Made by a program: the position numbers and the translations under genes
DNA from: Octopus vulgaris
Taxonomy: Eukaryota
Assembly: GCA_951406725.2 (NCBI GenBank)
Contig: OX597822.1
Coordinates: forward strand, 113,770,001 to 113,834,000
Reading direction: 5' to 3'
DNA: 64,000 bases
Notes under the pieces: generated by a model
What the model was told of the DNA's origin: nothing
The model's input: only the letters and a program-made list of their open reading frames with translations
Databases searched by the model: none
Shown here: one piece after another, positions 62,501-64,000 of the stretch
Position numbering within the stretch: the first letter of the stretch is position 1
How the letters are laid out: each line of letters opens with the position of its first letter

Positions 62501-63330
62501 AACCCAGCCACGATCAATGAACTGAGAGCAGACATTGAACAAGAATGCACGCAAATTCCAAACAAAATGTTTCTTCCTGATTGCAGTTCCACTGTTTCAT
62601 GTTGTCAGCAGTGCCAGGGCCAGAACAGTCATCAGTTTGAAAACAGGTATTCAAAAGAAAATTAAGTTCTGTCACTAGATACATCAAATTTTGAAAATAG
62701 AATAAACACTGACTTTATAATCACTTAATTTTTGCATACATTTTTTGCGGACACTCTGTATATATTAATATGCTAATTATAAATTAATATACTTAATGAA
62801 GCCAGATTTAAGAAGATGAAAGCAATATTACAAAATACTAATTTTTTTTTTAAATATTTAAGTTACATTTGCATAATTAATTATCAACATTCTGTCAGTT
62901 TCCTTGGTTCTCAAATGAAAAATGTTTTATTACAAAATACTATAATTAGCCAACTGCTAATTATAGTATTATCACTGGTTTGATAAATATCAAATTAGTT
63001 TTGATCTCTGACTGAACCCTTAATTTGGTCACACTTTATGAGAAAGATTGTTTACACAATCTTATTCCCTTCCAAACTAAATACGTGGAACAGTACTGAA
63101 GTAAGGAATTAATTGTAGTTCCTGCCCTCTCTCAATTCATGGTAAATTCCAATATGATCATCATTACCATAATTTATCAGAACTGCAAGAAACAAATACA
63201 GAATAGAGAAACTGCCAAACCGTTTCAAAATTGATTAAAGAATCCACTGCTTTGGTGTTGGCTTCATTGTCTTTGAGATTCATGTTGCGCCGATACTTGG
63301 TTCTCCATTCTGTGATCAGAATTGTTGTTG
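47003..63330 (-). CDS. ABCB6: ABCB6/HMT-1-type ABC half-transporter, last 10 exons (5' part lies beyond the window)
   Basis: Minus-strand exons 63221-63330, 60735-60800, 58527-58741, 58291-58354, 55673-55758, 54970-55027, 54397-54501, 49852-49925, 48454-48831 and 47003-47108 splice in frame. Motifs: [48 protein letters not shown], Walker [11 protein letters not shown]-loop VPQD, signature LSGGEKQ, Walker [12 protein letters not shown]-loop AHRLST. Confidence 0.94.
47808..48028. mobile_element. piggyBac-like MITE
   Basis: TTAA|CCCTTT...AAAGGG|TTAA. Confidence 0.8.
48160..48379. mobile_element. piggyBac-like MITE, second copy in the same orientation
   Basis: TTAA|CCCTTT...AAAAGG|TTAA; closely similar to 47808-48028. 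Confidence 0.8.
48454..48831 (-). CDS. ABCB6: ABCB6 exon (signature, Walker B, H-loop)
   Basis: ttgtag| YNIRYGR...[19 protein letters not shown]...[10 protein letters not shown]...AHRLSTV...ERGT |gtaagt. Confidence 0.96.
49852..49925 (-). CDS. ABCB6: ABCB6 exon (Q-loop)
   Basis: tttttag| [25 protein letters not shown] |gtgaaa. Confidence 0.94.
50130..53160 (+). mobile_element. RTE-clade LINE, about 3 kb, disrupted (end of APE endonuclease, RT, 3' UTR), antisense in an ABCB6 intron
   Basis: [69 protein letters not shown]; stops and frameshifts present. Confidence 0.93.
53325..53750 (-). mobile_element. SINE family A
   Basis: Full-length reverse copy. Confidence 0.85.
54397..54501 (-). CDS. 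ABCB6: ABCB6 exon (Walker A)
   Basis: tttaaag| [35 protein letters not shown] |gtaagt. Confidence 0.95.
54970..55027 (-). CDS. ABCB6: ABCB6 exon
   Basis: tttcag| [19 protein letters not shown] |gtaagt. Confidence 0.93.
55673..55758 (-). CDS. ABCB6: ABCB6 exon
   Basis: tttcag| [29 protein letters not shown] |gtaagt. Confidence 0.93.
56671..58250. mobile_element. piggyBac-like MITE split by a nested RTE LINE
   Basis: MITE halves at 56671-56824 and about 58178-58250 with TTAA at both outer ends; same family as 47808-48028, inverted. Confidence 0.82.
56825..58170 (-). mobile_element. 5'-truncated RTE LINE of the same family as 50130-53160, ORF end intact
   Basis: Open frame [12 protein letters not shown]...FRYLGD...AMLHGSETW...RLRWYGHV...GRPRKTW to a stop at 57426; (GAT)n tail; probable TSD TGAATTC. 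Confidence 0.92.
58291..58354 (-). CDS. ABCB6: ABCB6 exon
   Basis: aaatag| [21 protein letters not shown] |gtaaga. Confidence 0.93.
58527..58741 (-). CDS. ABCB6: ABCB6 exon (transmembrane helices)
   Basis: ttgcag| [14 protein letters not shown]...[25 protein letters not shown] |gtaagc. Confidence 0.95.
59490..60015 (+). mobile_element. Highly degenerate RTE LINE fragment
   Basis: Eroded similarity to the C-terminal part of the LINE at 52200-52650 ([26 protein letters not shown]). Confidence 0.5.
60735..60800 (-). CDS. ABCB6: ABCB6 exon
   Basis: tttaaag| [22 protein letters not shown] |gtgagt. Confidence 0.92.
60976..61036 (-). ncRNA. Type-I hammerhead-like motif, left arm of foldback (GAAA mutated to AAAA)
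   Basis: Reverse complement reads GATAA-CTGAAGA-GATG...CATC-c-AAAACT-cag-AGTT-TTATC. Confidence 0.5.
61217..61277 (+). ncRNA. Type-I hammerhead-like motif, right arm of foldback
   Basis: GATAA-CTGAAGA-GATG...CATC-t-GAAACT-tgg-AGTT-TTATC. Confidence 0.65.
61348..62758 (+). mobile_element. Degenerate Tc1/mariner-superfamily transposon with nested CR1 fragment (61655-62108)
   Basis: TA|CAGGGTGTCC...GGACACTCTG|TA termini; transposase remnants [21 protein letters not shown]. Confidence 0.8.
63221..63330 (-). CDS. ABCB6: ABCB6 exon (membrane domain)
   Basis: ttttag| [37 protein letters not shown] |gtttgg. Confidence 0.93.
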
Positions 63331-63784
63331 CTAAAATAAATATAACATCAAGTTGTGGGATCCTCCATAACGATTTCTGGTGACACAATGTAACAAAGAC
63401 TTTTCTTCATGAGTAACATTTCCCAAAGAAAGTTACACACAAAACACAAAAGGTCATAAAATTCCAGCCAATTAAGCAGCACAACACATAAAATGGTAAT
63501 ACCATCTACCATGTTAGATGTAGAGTTAAATGTCGGCACTTCTTGAACATCAACAAACAATTTCACTGCCTCCTACCTTTCAGCATCTTCATTTCAAATC
63601 CACCATTATTAAGGTTAACAAGATAAAAGATAGATTCTAGTGATACAACTGAGATTTTACAATAGTGGTGAATGAATGTTTGCCATATATAAAGAATTAA
63701 ATTAAAGGTTATTTCAGTCAATCCCTTAACTGACAAGAAACATGAATATAAAGTATTTTGCAGTTGGGTATTAACTCTATAATG

Positions 63785-63827
<43 letters not shown>

Positions 63828-64000
63828 CCTGAGGTGGGATATCCAGGCAGCTACCAAGTTTCTCTGAGTAAAATGTCAAGGCTGGTTCCTTTTGATGGTG
63901 CATTTTTTGGTAATATACTGTTAGCACTCATCGACTGCTAAAGTTTATTTCCAGTTATTATAATAGTCCAACACATGTTTCAATTGCAACAATATGCAAT

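Overview
Eukaryotic, AT-rich, microsatellite- and transposon-dense animal DNA. The SINE and microsatellite content suggests a coleoid cephalopod, most likely Octopus; this is an inference. Two spliced genes could be built by hand with GT-AG junctions and consistent phases. The first is a complete 11-exon GTPBP6 (HflX-family GTPase) on + (about 25894-45857, about 534 aa). The second is the 3' ten exons of an ABCB6/HMT-1-type ABC half-transporter on - (63330 to 47003, continuing beyond the window). The genes converge with stops 1.15 kb apart. The rest is several tRNA-derived SINE families, RTE, CR1, R4/Dong-like and CRE-like LINE fragments, Tc1/mariner/pogo/piggyBac-type elements, a Helitron and long microsatellites. 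Most six-frame ORFs are microsatellite or SINE artefacts. The most interesting signal is a set of minimal type-I hammerhead ribozyme motifs of the Penelope/retrozyme kind, in at least four sequence families. These include a fully canonical one lying sense in the last GTPBP6 intron (44056-44098), an inverted pair inside a 374-bp foldback in an ABCB6 intron, and a repeated variant with a non-canonical CUGUUGA core.
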